From the NCBI GenBank assembly GCA_016716905.1, contig JADJUS010000004.1, positions 326,249-390,248 on the forward strand: a DNA stretch of 64,000 nucleotides. Direction: 5' to 3'. Under the pieces are notes generated by a model that made no database searches, was not told the DNA's origin, and saw only the letters and a list, made by a program, of their open reading frames with translations. Of the stretch, positions 37,387-46,618 are shown in pieces. Source of the stretch: Acidobacteriota bacterium (GTDB taxonomy: Bacteria; Acidobacteriota; Vicinamibacteria; Vicinamibacterales; SCN-69-37). Within the stretch, counting starts at the first letter, position 1; each line of letters opens with the position of its first letter. Position numbers and translations under genes: made by a program.

Positions 37387-37953
37387 TCAGGGTGCAGAAA
37401 CCTCGATCGGTTCGGCGCCGCCCCACAAGCGCTCAAGCGCATAAAACGTGCGCCGCGTCGGCAGGAAGATGTGGACGATGAAGTCGAAGTAGTCCATCAG
37501 GATCCACTCACCGCGCCGGTAGCCTTCAACAAGCGCCGGCTTCTGGCCGGCAACCCTGAGGGCGGCCTCGATGCCATCGGCAATCGCCTGCACTTGTCTC
37601 ATATTCGTCCCGGTGCAGACGATGAAGAAGTCGGTAAAGGCTGTGGAGTTGCGCAAGTCCAGGACCGTGAGGTCCACCGCGAGTTTGTCCTGCGCAGCGG
37701 CGATGGCGGCCTTGACGTCGGCGGGCAGGCGCGGCTTGGCCACGCGTTTTTCCGGAGCGGCCTGGGCGGCGGCCTTTGCGGTCGCCGGTCTCGGCTTTGC
37801 CCCGCCCGCCGGCCTCGGCCTTGACGCAGCCGCTGGCCGTCGGGCCGGCGCGGCCTTGGCTTTGGCCTTTTTCTTCACGGGGGCTTTTTTTGCACGTGCA
37901 GCGGACGTGGTGCGGGGGGCGGCGGTGCGCGCGGGCCTGGCGGTCTTACTCAT
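37387..37953 (-). CDS. rsfS: Ribosome silencing factor RsfS with about 80-aa Lys/Ala/Pro-rich N-terminal extension
   Basis: C-terminal FFIVCTG.N.RQVQAIADGI...WILMDY.DFIVHIF core. ATG 37953 overlaps the nadD stop (ATGA). Confidence 0.85.
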   Translation of the reverse strand: MSKTARPARTAAPRTTSAARAKKAPVKKKAKAKAAPARRPAAASRPRPAGGAKPRPATAKAAAQAAPEKRVAKPRLPADVKAAIAAAQDKLAVDLTVLDLRNSTAFTDFFIVCTGTNMRQVQAIADGIEAALRVAGQKPALVEGYRRGEWILMDYFDFIVHIFLPTRRTFYALERLWGGAEPIEVSAP

Positions 37954-38597
37954 GCGACTCCTCGGTAAAGAGCGTTTCTGTCGATATATTCGGCCACCGC
38001 TGGCGGCACGAGACCCGCGAGCGATGAACCGGCAGACGCCAGTGCCCGGATCTTCGTTGAAGACACCGGCGCGGTTGGCGCGTCCACTAAGAAGATACTC
38101 GGTTGCAACCGGTCGTCGTAGTCGCCGGGGTCGCGCATGCGCGCGGCAAGAGCCGGCAGGGTCTGGCGCAGGCCAGGTGCCGGATGCCCCGGGCGTGACA
38201 CGACGACGAAGTGGCAGCGGCTCAGCAACGTTTCGGCGGCTTTCCACGAGAGGATACCCGCGAACGCGTCGGCGCCGGTGATCACGTGCAAGGTATCCAG
38301 TGCCGTGCCTGCTGCCACAAGCCGGTCAAGGGTGTCCACGGTGTACGACGGCGTGTCGGCCGTCATCTCAATGTCCGAAACCCGGAGCCAGGCGGCCGAC
38401 TTTGCGGCCAGAGCCACCATCGCCCGGCGGTGTGCTGCCGTCGCCTGCGGAGCCAATCGATGCGGCGGGACACGTGCCGGCACCAGGTGGACCGTCTCGA
38501 GCGACAGGGCGTCATGCGCGGCCCGTGCCACGTCAAGATGGCCGCAGTGAATCGGGTCGAACGTCCCACCAAGCCAGCCCTGACGGACGCGGCTCAC
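37950..38597 (-). CDS. nadD: Nicotinate-nucleotide adenylyltransferase
   Basis: [11 protein letters not shown] motif. GTG 38597 overlaps the obg stop (GTGA). The track ORF extends to 38636. Confidence 0.88.
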   Translation of the reverse strand: MSRVRQGWLGGTFDPIHCGHLDVARAAHDALSLETVHLVPARVPPHRLAPQATAAHRRAMVALAAKSAAWLRVSDIEMTADTPSYTVDTLDRLVAAGTALDTLHVITGADAFAGILSWKAAETLLSRCHFVVVSRPGHPAPGLRQTLPALAARMRDPGDYDDRLQPSIFLVDAPTAPVSSTKIRALASAGSSLAGLVPPAVAEYIDRNALYRGVA

Positions 38598-39640
38598 TGC
38601 GGCTGCGACTCCGCGTGCGCCGCGACAGCCGTCCACATGGCTTCAAGCAGCGCCGGCAGGCCTTCTCCGGTCACCGCGGAGATGGGATAGAGAGGGACCT
38701 TGTGTTTCTTGAGGTGCTTGGTCAGTTTCTTCAGGCGCTCCGGATCGTCGAGGGCGTCGATCTTGTTGGCCACCGCGATTTGCGGCTTGGACGCCAGGGC
38801 CTCGGCCATGTCGTCGCCGCTGCCCTGGAACATCTTCAACTCGTTGCGGATGACATCGAAGTCGCTGACCGGGTCGCGTCCTGAGAATGACGACACGTCA
38901 ATGAGATGCACCAGCACCTTGGTGCGTTCCAGATGCGCAAGAAATTTCATCCCGAGCCCGTGGCCCTCGTGCGCGCCTTCGATAAGGCCCGGCACGTCGG
39001 CCACCACAAAGTTCCGGTCGCCTGTGAGACTGACCACGCCCAGGTTGGGCGTGAGCGTCGTGAACGGGTAATCCGCAATCTTGGGCTTGGCCGCCGAGAT
39101 GCGGGCGATGAGGGTGGACTTGCCGGCGTTGGGATATCCCACGAGACCGACATCCGCCAGCAGTTTCAAGCGGAGGCGCAGCGTGCGTCCTTCGCCGGCT
39201 TCACCGGGCTCGTGTTTGCGGGGCGCGCGGTTGGTGGCGGTCGCAAACGCGGAGTTGCCTCGTCCGCCACGTCCACCCCTGGCGACGAGGACGCGGTCTC
39301 CCACTGCGGCGAGGTCCCCGAGGGGAATCAGGTCGCCGTCTTCAGTTTTTTCGTACACGACCGTGCCTGGCGGAACCTCTAGCGTCAGGTCGTCGCCGTC
39401 GGCGCCGGTGCAATTGGAGCCTTGCCCGTGCACGCCGCGCTGGCCGTTGAACTCAGGATGGAAGCGGTAGGTAACGAGCGTGTTCTGGTGGAGTGTGGCG
39501 ACGAGGTAAACCGACCCGCCATGGCCGCCATCTCCGCCGCTTGGCCCGCCGCGGGGTACAAACTTCTCGCGGCGGAAGGCCATGCAGCCGTTGCCGCCAT
39601 CGCCCGCCTGAACGCGAATCTCGACTTCGTCTACGAACAA
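38594..39640 (-). CDS. obg: GTPase Obg/CgtA
   Basis: [27 protein letters not shown] Obg fold, then G-domain [22 protein letters not shown]. Confidence 0.96.
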   Translation of the reverse strand: MFVDEVEIRVQAGDGGNGCMAFRREKFVPRGGPSGGDGGHGGSVYLVATLHQNTLVTYRFHPEFNGQRGVHGQGSNCTGADGDDLTLEVPPGTVVYEKTEDGDLIPLGDLAAVGDRVLVARGGRGGRGNSAFATATNRAPRKHEPGEAGEGRTLRLRLKLLADVGLVGYPNAGKSTLIARISAAKPKIADYPFTTLTPNLGVVSLTGDRNFVVADVPGLIEGAHEGHGLGMKFLAHLERTKVLVHLIDVSSFSGRDPVSDFDVIRNELKMFQGSGDDMAEALASKPQIAVANKIDALDDPERLKKLTKHLKKHKVPLYPISAVTGEGLPALLEAMWTAVAAHAESQPQ

Positions 39641-39919
39641 CTACGCCTTGTCGGCGCTCGGCGCTGCGCTGGGGACGATGCTGATGAAGCGGCCGCGCTG
39701 GCCCTGATCACTGAACTTGACGGTGCCGGTGACCTTGGCGAAGAGCGTGTCGTCTTTACCGAGGCCCACGAACAGGCCCGGCTTGAACTTCCGGCCGCGC
39801 TGCCGCACGAGGATGGAACCACCCGGCACGAGTTTGCCGTCGTGTTCCTTGACCCCAAGGCGCTGCGCGTTACTGTCGCGACCGTTACGGGAACTTCCCT
39901 GACCTTTTTTAGTAGCCAT
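39641..39919 (-). CDS. rpmA: 50S ribosomal protein L27
   Basis: [24 protein letters not shown]...G.I.VRQRG. Confidence 0.96.
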   Translation of the reverse strand: MATKKGQGSSRNGRDSNAQRLGVKEHDGKLVPGGSILVRQRGRKFKPGLFVGLGKDDTLFAKVTGTVKFSDQGQRGRFISIVPSAAPSADKA

Positions 39920-39952
39920 CGTGCTGTCCTGATGTCGTAAAGCGCCTGGGCG

Positions 39953-40267
39953 TCAGGCGTTGATTGCCGTGACCTTCACGCGGGTGGACTGCGTGCGGTG
40001 GCCGATCGTCTTGCGCTCCGTCTTGCGGCGCTTCATTTTGAAGACGCGAATCTTTTTTCCCTGCGTCTGCTCTTCGATCACTCCGGTGACCGTGGCGCCG
40101 GCCACATAGGGAGCGCCGGTCACGATGTCGCCAGTGGCGGTCTCGAGCAGCAGCACCCGTTCAAACGTGTATTCCGCGCCGGGTTCAAGGTCCAGGCGGT
40201 CGACCACAACAACTGCGCCCGGGGTGACCTTTTCCTGCCGGCCACCGGCTTCGACAATGGCGAACAT
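39953..40267 (-). CDS. rplU: 50S ribosomal protein L21
   Basis: MFAIVEAGGRQEKV start at 40267. KKIRVFKMKRRK near the C-terminus. The upstream extension in the track ORF is not L21-like. Confidence 0.93.
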   Translation of the reverse strand: MFAIVEAGGRQEKVTPGAVVVVDRLDLEPGAEYTFERVLLLETATGDIVTGAPYVAGATVTGVIEEQTQGKKIRVFKMKRRKTERKTIGHRTQSTRVKVTAINA

Positions 40268-40399
40268 CTGCAACTCTCCCAACAATCTTCGAGGAATACC
40301 CATATGGACCCCCTGGAGGGGGCCCCGTGGAACCTCCAAGGCTACCACTTCGGCCCCATTCATTTCAAATGAGGCCAGGGGCCGGCCCATTACGGGCGT

Positions 40400-41179
40400 T
40401 CAGCGCAGAAGTGTCCTTGTGCCCTTGATCTTCTGCGTACTAAGCGTGCTCAGGAACCCCGGGAGGAGCCTGTCGATCAGCTCGAAATACGATGACAGCG
40501 GAGGGGTGTTGTTCGTCGCGCTGTACAGCGTCTCCTCGCGGAACGACTCGCTGTAGAGCTGCACCCCGGTCCGGCCATCAATAAAGATGAACTTCGGCAC
40601 CAGCGCATACCCCCGGCGGTCTTCGAACCGGCGTACCGGCGTCACCGCCCGGCGGCCGGTCTGATCGATGGTCTCCTGGGTGGTCGAAAACATGCCGCTG
40701 GACTGCACATCGGTGAACAGCACCGAGCCGGTGATGATCAACGGAGCCTGGTACTCCTCGCCAATCTTCTTCCAGTAGTCCACGTCGGCGAAGATGGCCT
40801 CGTATTCCTGCAGGTCCTTCTCGTTCTTAATCCGCGGCTCGTCGGCAGCGGTAGCGGCGGGCGTCGTGGCCGGGATTTCTCCCGACGCGCGCCGCCGGCG
40901 GTCGACCTCGTCCACCAGCGACAACACGTCGGAGTCAATGACCTTCAGGTCCGACTTCGTGCGCAACTGGCTGCGCAGCAGGCGCACCGTCTCGGTATTG
41001 GGGTCCACGTCTTTTGACCCGCCTCCGAGGAAGCCGAGAATCAGGACGCGCTGAAACGACGAGACATCGAGCTTGGCCTGGATAGGCGTCTCGATCCCGA
41101 TGTCGTAAAACCGCAGGCAACTGGACGCGCCAACGGTCAACCCGAGGCTAACGAGTGCGGCGACGGTTTTGGCGCTCAT
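40400..41179 (-). CDS. Hypothetical lipoprotein
   Basis: MSAKTVAALVSLGLTVGASSC lipobox at internal Met 41179. The longer track ORF overlaps the TPR gene in another frame. Confidence 0.55.
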   Translation of the reverse strand: MSAKTVAALVSLGLTVGASSCLRFYDIGIETPIQAKLDVSSFQRVLILGFLGGGSKDVDPNTETVRLLRSQLRTKSDLKVIDSDVLSLVDEVDRRRRASGEIPATTPAATAADEPRIKNEKDLQEYEAIFADVDYWKKIGEEYQAPLIITGSVLFTDVQSSGMFSTTQETIDQTGRRAVTPVRRFEDRRGYALVPKFIFIDGRTGVQLYSESFREETLYSATNNTPPLSSYFELIDRLLPGFLSTLSTQKIKGTRTLLR

Positions 41180-41495
41180 AGATCTCCATGAACATGTCGT
41201 AGTTCTGCCGGATGAAGTTGTTCTTCGGATCGAGGGTCGTGGCCTTGTCGTAGGCCTTCTTGGCTTCGGCAAATTTGCCCTGCTGCTCGTACGCAATGCC
41301 GAGGTTGTTCCACGCCGCGCTGTACGTCGGGTCCAGCTCGACGGCTTTCTCCCACCGGAACTCTGCTTCTTTCCAGAGCGCCTTCTGGGCAAGTTCAATA
41401 CCGAAATCCACCTGCTCCTTGGCTTCCGAGCGGCGGTCTGCAGACAGCGGCGCAGCGAACACCAGCGCCAGCACAAGTGATAACGCGTATTTCAT
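41148..41495 (-). CDS. Small secreted TPR-repeat protein
   Basis: Signal MKYALSLVLALVFAAPLSA. TPR consensus (AAWNNLGIAYEQQGKFAEAKKAYDKATTLDP). Confidence 0.7.
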   Translation of the reverse strand: MKYALSLVLALVFAAPLSADRRSEAKEQVDFGIELAQKALWKEAEFRWEKAVELDPTYSAAWNNLGIAYEQQGKFAEAKKAYDKATTLDPKNNFIRQNYDMFMEIYERQNRRRTR

Positions 41496-41668
41496 AGCTG
41501 TGTGCCCCACTATACCCCCGTACGTCTCCCGGGATTCACTGTTGTTGACGCGCAGATTCTGCAAGGGTCTTGCCGCTCCGAGATCGCAGTAAATGCACAC
41601 CTGCCACCTCACACCGTGTCACCTTGGCCGGGAATATGTGGCACCGAGGGTGCAAGTCCTGCGAGGGC

Positions 41669-42751
41669 ATGACCCCTGCAGACATCACCGCCGTTGCCCT
41701 GTCCTTCCTCCGGCCCGGTCCCGACACCCAGGCCTGCAAACTGATCAGGCAGGAGGCGATGGGACTCATGGAGCTGGGTTTTCGCGTCGGGTTCCCGCCC
41801 GACGAGGTCCGCGCCCGTGTGGCCGACGCGCTGCGCCGGGCCGAGGCCGCCCTCACGGACGCCGCCCGTCTGGGCCTCCGCGTTGTCGCCGCGCGTACAC
41901 CGGCATATCCGTCCCGTCTGGCCGAGATCATCGACCCCCCAATTGTCTTGTGGACGAGCGGGGATGGATGTCTCGAACGGCGCAGTGTGGCCATTGTGGG
42001 ATCGCGGCGAGCCACGCCCGCCGGCCTCCACGTGGCGCGCCAGTTGGGGCGTGATCTCGCAGGCGCCGGCTGGACCATCGTGAGCGGCATGGCCCTGGGT
42101 GTGGATGGCGCCGCGCACGAAGGCGCGCTCGAGGCCGGCGGGGAAACACTGGCCGTGCTCGGGTGTGGGGCCGATATCGTGTATCCCTACGCGCATCGGG
42201 CCCTGGCGGCGCGAATCGCCGGACACGGCCGGATTCTGAGCGAGTTTCCGCCCGGTACGGCGCCGCGGCCCTGGCACTTTCCGCTGCGCAACCGGATCAT
42301 CAGCGGACTGGCCCGGGCGATCGTGGTGGTGGAAGCGTCGGAAAAGAGCGGGTCGCTCATCACGGCCCGGCTTGCCATGGAACAGGGCCGCGACGTGCTC
42401 GCGGTACCGGGCAGCGCTGCGTCGGGCCGCTACCGCGGCAGTCACGCGCTCATCAAAGATGGCGCCCGGCTGGTCGAGACCATGGATGATGTGCTGGACG
42501 AAATCGAAGGTGTGTCGAGAATTCGCGCCGGGCACGCAGACAAGACTTGCGTTATCAGTGAATTGGAAGGAATGATGGCGGTCGGGGAGCCCTACAGTGT
42601 TGACGAATTGGCGGCGTTGAGTCGCCTGCCGGCGCCCGATTTGCTGGCCCAGTTGGGCCGCCTGGAAGTGGAAGGCAGGATGAGCCGAACGGCCGGGGGG
42701 AATTTTGTCCGGCTTGACTCGACTGCTAGTGTTAGGGGAATCGGCTCATAA
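41669..42751 (+). CDS. dprA: DNA-processing protein DprA (Smf)
   Basis: AIVGSRRATP.G...A..L...LA.AGWTIVSGMALGVDGAAHEGAL Rossmann core. Start set to Met 41669 (uncertain). Confidence 0.88.
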   Translation: MTPADITAVALSFLRPGPDTQACKLIRQEAMGLMELGFRVGFPPDEVRARVADALRRAEAALTDAARLGLRVVAARTPAYPSRLAEIIDPPIVLWTSGDGCLERRSVAIVGSRRATPAGLHVARQLGRDLAGAGWTIVSGMALGVDGAAHEGALEAGGETLAVLGCGADIVYPYAHRALAARIAGHGRILSEFPPGTAPRPWHFPLRNRIISGLARAIVVVEASEKSGSLITARLAMEQGRDVLAVPGSAASGRYRGSHALIKDGARLVETMDDVLDEIEGVSRIRAGHADKTCVISELEGMMAVGEPYSVDELAALSRLPAPDLLAQLGRLEVEGRMSRTAGGNFVRLDSTASVRGIGS

Positions 42752-42755
42752 AATT

Positions 42756-45200
42756 ATGGCAAAGGTATTGGTAGTGGTCGAGTCGCCGGCGAAGGCGAAA
42801 ACGATCAACAAGTATTTGGGGCGCGACTACACGGTACTCGCGTCCATGGGGCACGTTCGGGATCTTCCCAAGAACAAGCTGGGTGTGGATGTCGAGGACG
42901 GGTTCAAACCCGACTACGTCGTCATTCCGGATCGCGCCAAAGTCATCAAGGAACTGAAGGCCGCCGCCAAGTCAGTGTCCGAGATATTCGTCGCAACCGA
43001 CCCTGACCGCGAGGGCGAGGCGATCGGCTGGCATCTGGCCGAGGAACTGGGCACCAAAAAGCGGAAAGTCCGCCGCCTGATGTTCAACGAAATCACCAAG
43101 AAGGCCATCCTCGAAGCGGTGGCCAACCCGGGTGAGATCGACATGGACATGGTGGACGCCCAACAGGCGCGCCGCGTGCTCGACCGCCTCGTGGGATACA
43201 AAATCAGCCCACTGCTGTGGGACAAGGTGCGCCGTGGCCTGAGTGCCGGACGCGTCCAGTCGGTGGCGCTCAAGTTGATCTGCGACCGCGAGCGCGAGAT
43301 CGAGGCGTTCATCCCCGAAGAGTACTGGCACGTCACCGCCCGCCTGGCGGCAGCGCTGCCACCCGAGTTCGATGCACGCCTGGCGCGCAAGGGCAGCGCG
43401 GCCGTGAAGATCACGAACGAGGCCGAGTCCAAGGCGGTGCTGGCCGATCTGGCCAAGGCGCCGTTTGTGGTGTCCTCGGTCCAGACAAAAGAGCGCAAGA
43501 AGAACCCGGTTCCTCCGTTCATCACGAGCAAGCTGCAGCAGGCGTCCCGCTTCCCGGTGAAGAAGACGATGATGATTGCGCAGCAGTTGTATGAGGGCAT
43601 TGAGCTGCCCGGCGAAGAAGCGGCAGTAGGTCTCATCACGTACATGAGAACCGACTCGGTGCGCGTGGCCGATCAGGCCCTCGTCGACGTGCGCGAACAC
43701 ATCGGCAAGGCCTATGGGGCCGATTACCTGCCGGCCCAGGCCAATCAGTACCGTGTGAAGCAGACCGCGCAGGATGCCCACGAAGCCATCCGGCCGACCT
43801 CGATGGGATATCCGCCCGAGCGCGTGGCGGCCCATCTCACGCCGGATCAGTTTTACCTGTATCGCTTGATCTGGAACCGGTTCGTCGCGTCGCAGATGAT
43901 GCCGGCGACGTTCGACGATACGACGGTGGAGATCACTGCACTCGACTACCTCTTCCGGGCCAAGGGATCGGTGCCGAAGTTCGCCGGCTGGCTCGCGGTG
44001 TATGGCCAGGCGAAGGACGAAGCCGAGGAAAGTGAGCGAACGGAACGTCCGGCGCCGGCCGCGGGTGCCCAGACCGACGCCGAAGAAGACAGCGGAAGCG
44101 CCGTGTTGCCGCTCGTGAAAGAAGGCCAGACGCTGGCGGTGCGAAGCCTGACGCCCGATCAGAAGTTCACGCAGCCACCGCCGCGGTTCAACGAAGGGTC
44201 GCTCGTGAAGGCGCTGGAAGAAAACGGCATCGGCCGGCCCAGCACCTACGCGTCGATCATCAACGTCCTGCAGTCGCGCGAGTACGTGAACAAAAACGAG
44301 GGCCGGTTCAAGCCCACGATTCTGGGTCGCCGGCTCGTGGACAAACTGCTGCATCCCGCGTTTGATGACATTCTCGACATCGAGTACACGGCCCGCATGG
44401 AGGACGAACTCGACCAGATCGAAAAGGGCAAGGCGAAGTACGGCGCCATCCTTTCGAAGTTCTACAAGAAGTTCGTCAAGGATCTGGCCAAGGCCGAGAA
44501 GATCATGCCCAGCTTCAAGGAAGGGCAGCCGACCGACATCGTGTGCGAGAAATGCGGCGCGCCGATGGTGGAGAAGTCGGGCAAGTTCGGCATCTTCCTG
44601 GCCTGCAGCACCTATCCGGCGTGTGACAACACGAAGGAAATTGAGGTGGCCGACACGCCAACGGAAGAACTGGAAGAGGCGTGTGAGAACTGCGGGAAGC
44701 CGATGGTGCTCAAGCGCGGCCGGTTCGGCATGTTCCTGGCGTGCACGGGATATCCCGAGTGCAAGACCACTCGCAAGGTCATCGCCACCAGACAGGGTGT
44801 GACCGCGGCGAAAGCGGATCAGATCCTGGACGAGAAGTGCCCGAACTGCGGCAAGAACCTCGTGGTGAAACAGGGGCGCTTCGGTGAATTCACCGCGTGC
44901 ACCGGGTATCCCGAGTGCAAGTACGTGAAGCAGCAGTTGACGGGGATCAAGTGTCCGAAGGATGGCGGTGACGTGGCCGAGCGGAAGTCGCGGCGCGGTA
45001 AGGTGTTTTTCGGCTGCGTGAATTATCCGAAGTGCGACTTCACGCTGTGGAACAAGCCCATCATTGAGCCGTGTCCGAAGTGCCAGCGGCCGTTCCTCAC
45101 CGAGAAGATCACCAAGCGTCACGGGCGCCAGTTGATCTGCAGCAACGAGGAATGCGACTACCTGCGCAGTGAGGCGCTCGAAGAGACGACGGCCGGGTAA
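42756..45200 (+). CDS. topA: DNA topoisomerase I with C-terminal zinc-ribbon repeats
   Basis: LVVVESPAKAKTINKYLG Toprim start, catalytic ITYMRTDS, four C-terminal C4 zinc-ribbon modules (CEKCGAPM..., CENCGKPM..., CPNCGKNL..., CPKCQRPF...). Confidence 0.96.
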   Translation: MAKVLVVVESPAKAKTINKYLGRDYTVLASMGHVRDLPKNKLGVDVEDGFKPDYVVIPDRAKVIKELKAAAKSVSEIFVATDPDREGEAIGWHLAEELGTKKRKVRRLMFNEITKKAILEAVANPGEIDMDMVDAQQARRVLDRLVGYKISPLLWDKVRRGLSAGRVQSVALKLICDREREIEAFIPEEYWHVTARLAAALPPEFDARLARKGSAAVKITNEAESKAVLADLAKAPFVVSSVQTKERKKNPVPPFITSKLQQASRFPVKKTMMIAQQLYEGIELPGEEAAVGLITYMRTDSVRVADQALVDVREHIGKAYGADYLPAQANQYRVKQTAQDAHEAIRPTSMGYPPERVAAHLTPDQFYLYRLIWNRFVASQMMPATFDDTTVEITALDYLFRAKGSVPKFAGWLAVYGQAKDEAEESERTERPAPAAGAQTDAEEDSGSAVLPLVKEGQTLAVRSLTPDQKFTQPPPRFNEGSLVKALEENGIGRPSTYASIINVLQSREYVNKNEGRFKPTILGRRLVDKLLHPAFDDILDIEYTARMEDELDQIEKGKAKYGAILSKFYKKFVKDLAKAEKIMPSFKEGQPTDIVCEKCGAPMVEKSGKFGIFLACSTYPACDNTKEIEVADTPTEELEEACENCGKPMVLKRGRFGMFLACTGYPECKTTRKVIATRQGVTAAKADQILDEKCPNCGKNLVVKQGRFGEFTACTGYPECKYVKQQLTGIKCPKDGGDVAERKSRRGKVFFGCVNYPKCDFTLWNKPIIEPCPKCQRPFLTEKITKRHGRQLICSNEECDYLRSEALEETTAG

Positions 45201-45208
45201 CGCGTCAC

Positions 45209-46618
45209 ATGGTGCATATCATCGGTGGCGGGCTCGCCGGTTGCGAGGCAGCCTGGCAGGCGGCCTCGATGGGCGCGGACGTCACCCTCTACGAAATGCG
45301 GCCGGTGCGGCCGACGGCCGTTCACCAGACCGACGGCCTCGCCGAACTCGTCTGCAGCAATTCGTTTCGCGGCGACAAACTCGACAACGCCGTCGGGCTC
45401 CTCAAGGAGGAGATGCGGCGGCTCGGGTCGATCATCATGCGCATCGCCGACGAGGTGCGTGTGCCGGCCGGCGCAGCACTCGCCGTGGATCGGCATCTCT
45501 TCTCGGAACGCGTGACGGCCGCCATCACGTCACACCCGCGCATTCGCGTTGACCGCCGCGAGATCACACACGTGCCGACGCCGGCCGAGATGTCGCCGGT
45601 CGTTATTGCCACCGGCCCCCTGACATCGGACGCGCTGTCGGCCTCCATCGCGACGTTCCTTGGACGCGAACACCTCGCGTTTTTTGATGCGATCAGCCCG
45701 ATCGTGCTGGCCGAGACCATCGATATGTCGAAGGTCTTTCGGGCGTCGCGCTGGGATCGGTCGCTGCGAGGGCCTGCGCCGGAAACGACCTCAGAGGTCG
45801 TTTCGCCGGCGGTGACCGAAACGACCTCTGAGGTCGTTTCCGGGGGCACGTCCGAAGGTGACTACCTCAACTGTCCCTTCACGAAAGACGAATACGTCGC
45901 CTTCCACCAGGCCATCGTCTCTGCCGAAAAGGCGGAGGTGCACGACTTCGACAACACGAAGTTCTTCGAAGGGTGCCTGCCCATTGAAGTGATGGCGCAC
46001 CGGGGCGTAGATACCTTGCGGTTTGGCCCGATGAAACCCGCCGGACTTGACGACCCGCGCACGGGCCGGTGGCCGTATGCCGTTGTGCAACTGCGGCAGG
46101 ACACACTCGCCGGTGACCACTACAGCCTCGTGGGATTCCAGACGCAGTTGAAGTGGCCGGAACAGAAGCGGGTGTTCGGGATGATTCCGGGACTCGAGCA
46201 CGCCGAGTTTGTGCGGTTCGGCATGATTCACCGGAACACCTACATCAACGGTCCGACCGTGCTGACGAGCACGTGGCAGACCCGCAGGCGTCCGGACCTG
46301 TTCTTCGCCGGGCAGGTATCGGGTGTGGAAGGGTATGTCGAGTCGGCGGCGTCCGGCCTTGTGGCGGGAAGAAATGCGGCGCGCCTGTCGCTGGGACATG
46401 ACCCGGTGGCTCCACCACGCACGACCGCGATCGGGGCGTTGGCCCACTACGTGGCCCACGCTGATCCGGCGCACTACAACCCGACCAACATCACGTTCGG
46501 GATCATCCCCGCGCTCGACGCACCGCCAAAAAGCCGGCATGACCGGAGCATGGCGACAAGCGCGCGTGCCCTGGCCGATCTTGAACCCTGGAGCACGGCT
46601 ACCGCCGGCGGGGTGTGA
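45209..46618 (+). CDS. trmFO: Methylenetetrahydrofolate--tRNA-(uracil-5-)-methyltransferase TrmFO (Gid)
   Basis: IIGGGLAGCEAAWQ FAD motif. ELVCSNSFR. YLNCP. FAGQ.SGVEGY.ES. Confidence 0.93.
   Translation: MVHIIGGGLAGCEAAWQAASMGADVTLYEMRPVRPTAVHQTDGLAELVCSNSFRGDKLDNAVGLLKEEMRRLGSIIMRIADEVRVPAGAALAVDRHLFSERVTAAITSHPRIRVDRREITHVPTPAEMSPVVIATGPLTSDALSASIATFLGREHLAFFDAISPIVLAETIDMSKVFRASRWDRSLRGPAPETTSEVVSPAVTETTSEVVSGGTSEGDYLNCPFTKDEYVAFHQAIVSAEKAEVHDFDNTKFFEGCLPIEVMAHRGVDTLRFGPMKPAGLDDPRTGRWPYAVVQLRQDTLAGDHYSLVGFQTQLKWPEQKRVFGMIPGLEHAEFVRFGMIHRNTYINGPTVLTSTWQTRRRPDLFFAGQVSGVEGYVESAASGLVAGRNAARLSLGHDPVAPPRTTAIGALAHYVAHADPAHYNPTNITFGIIPALDAPPKSRHDRSMATSARALADLEPWSTATAGGV
45782..45840. repeat. Two 23-bp perfect palindromic hairpin elements, mutually inverted, in frame inside trmFO
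   Basis: GAAACGACC-TCAGA-GGTCGTTTC (45782-45804) and GAAACGACC-TCTGA-GGTCGTTTC (45818-45840). Each encodes ETTSEVVS. Confidence 0.9.

Noticed and set aside
40268-40399. A structured ribosomal-protein leader upstream of rplU (GC hairpin CCCCCTGGAGGGGG).
   Set aside because: Only a short GC hairpin is visible and I cannot match it to a known L21 leader. It may simply terminate the upstream lipoprotein gene.
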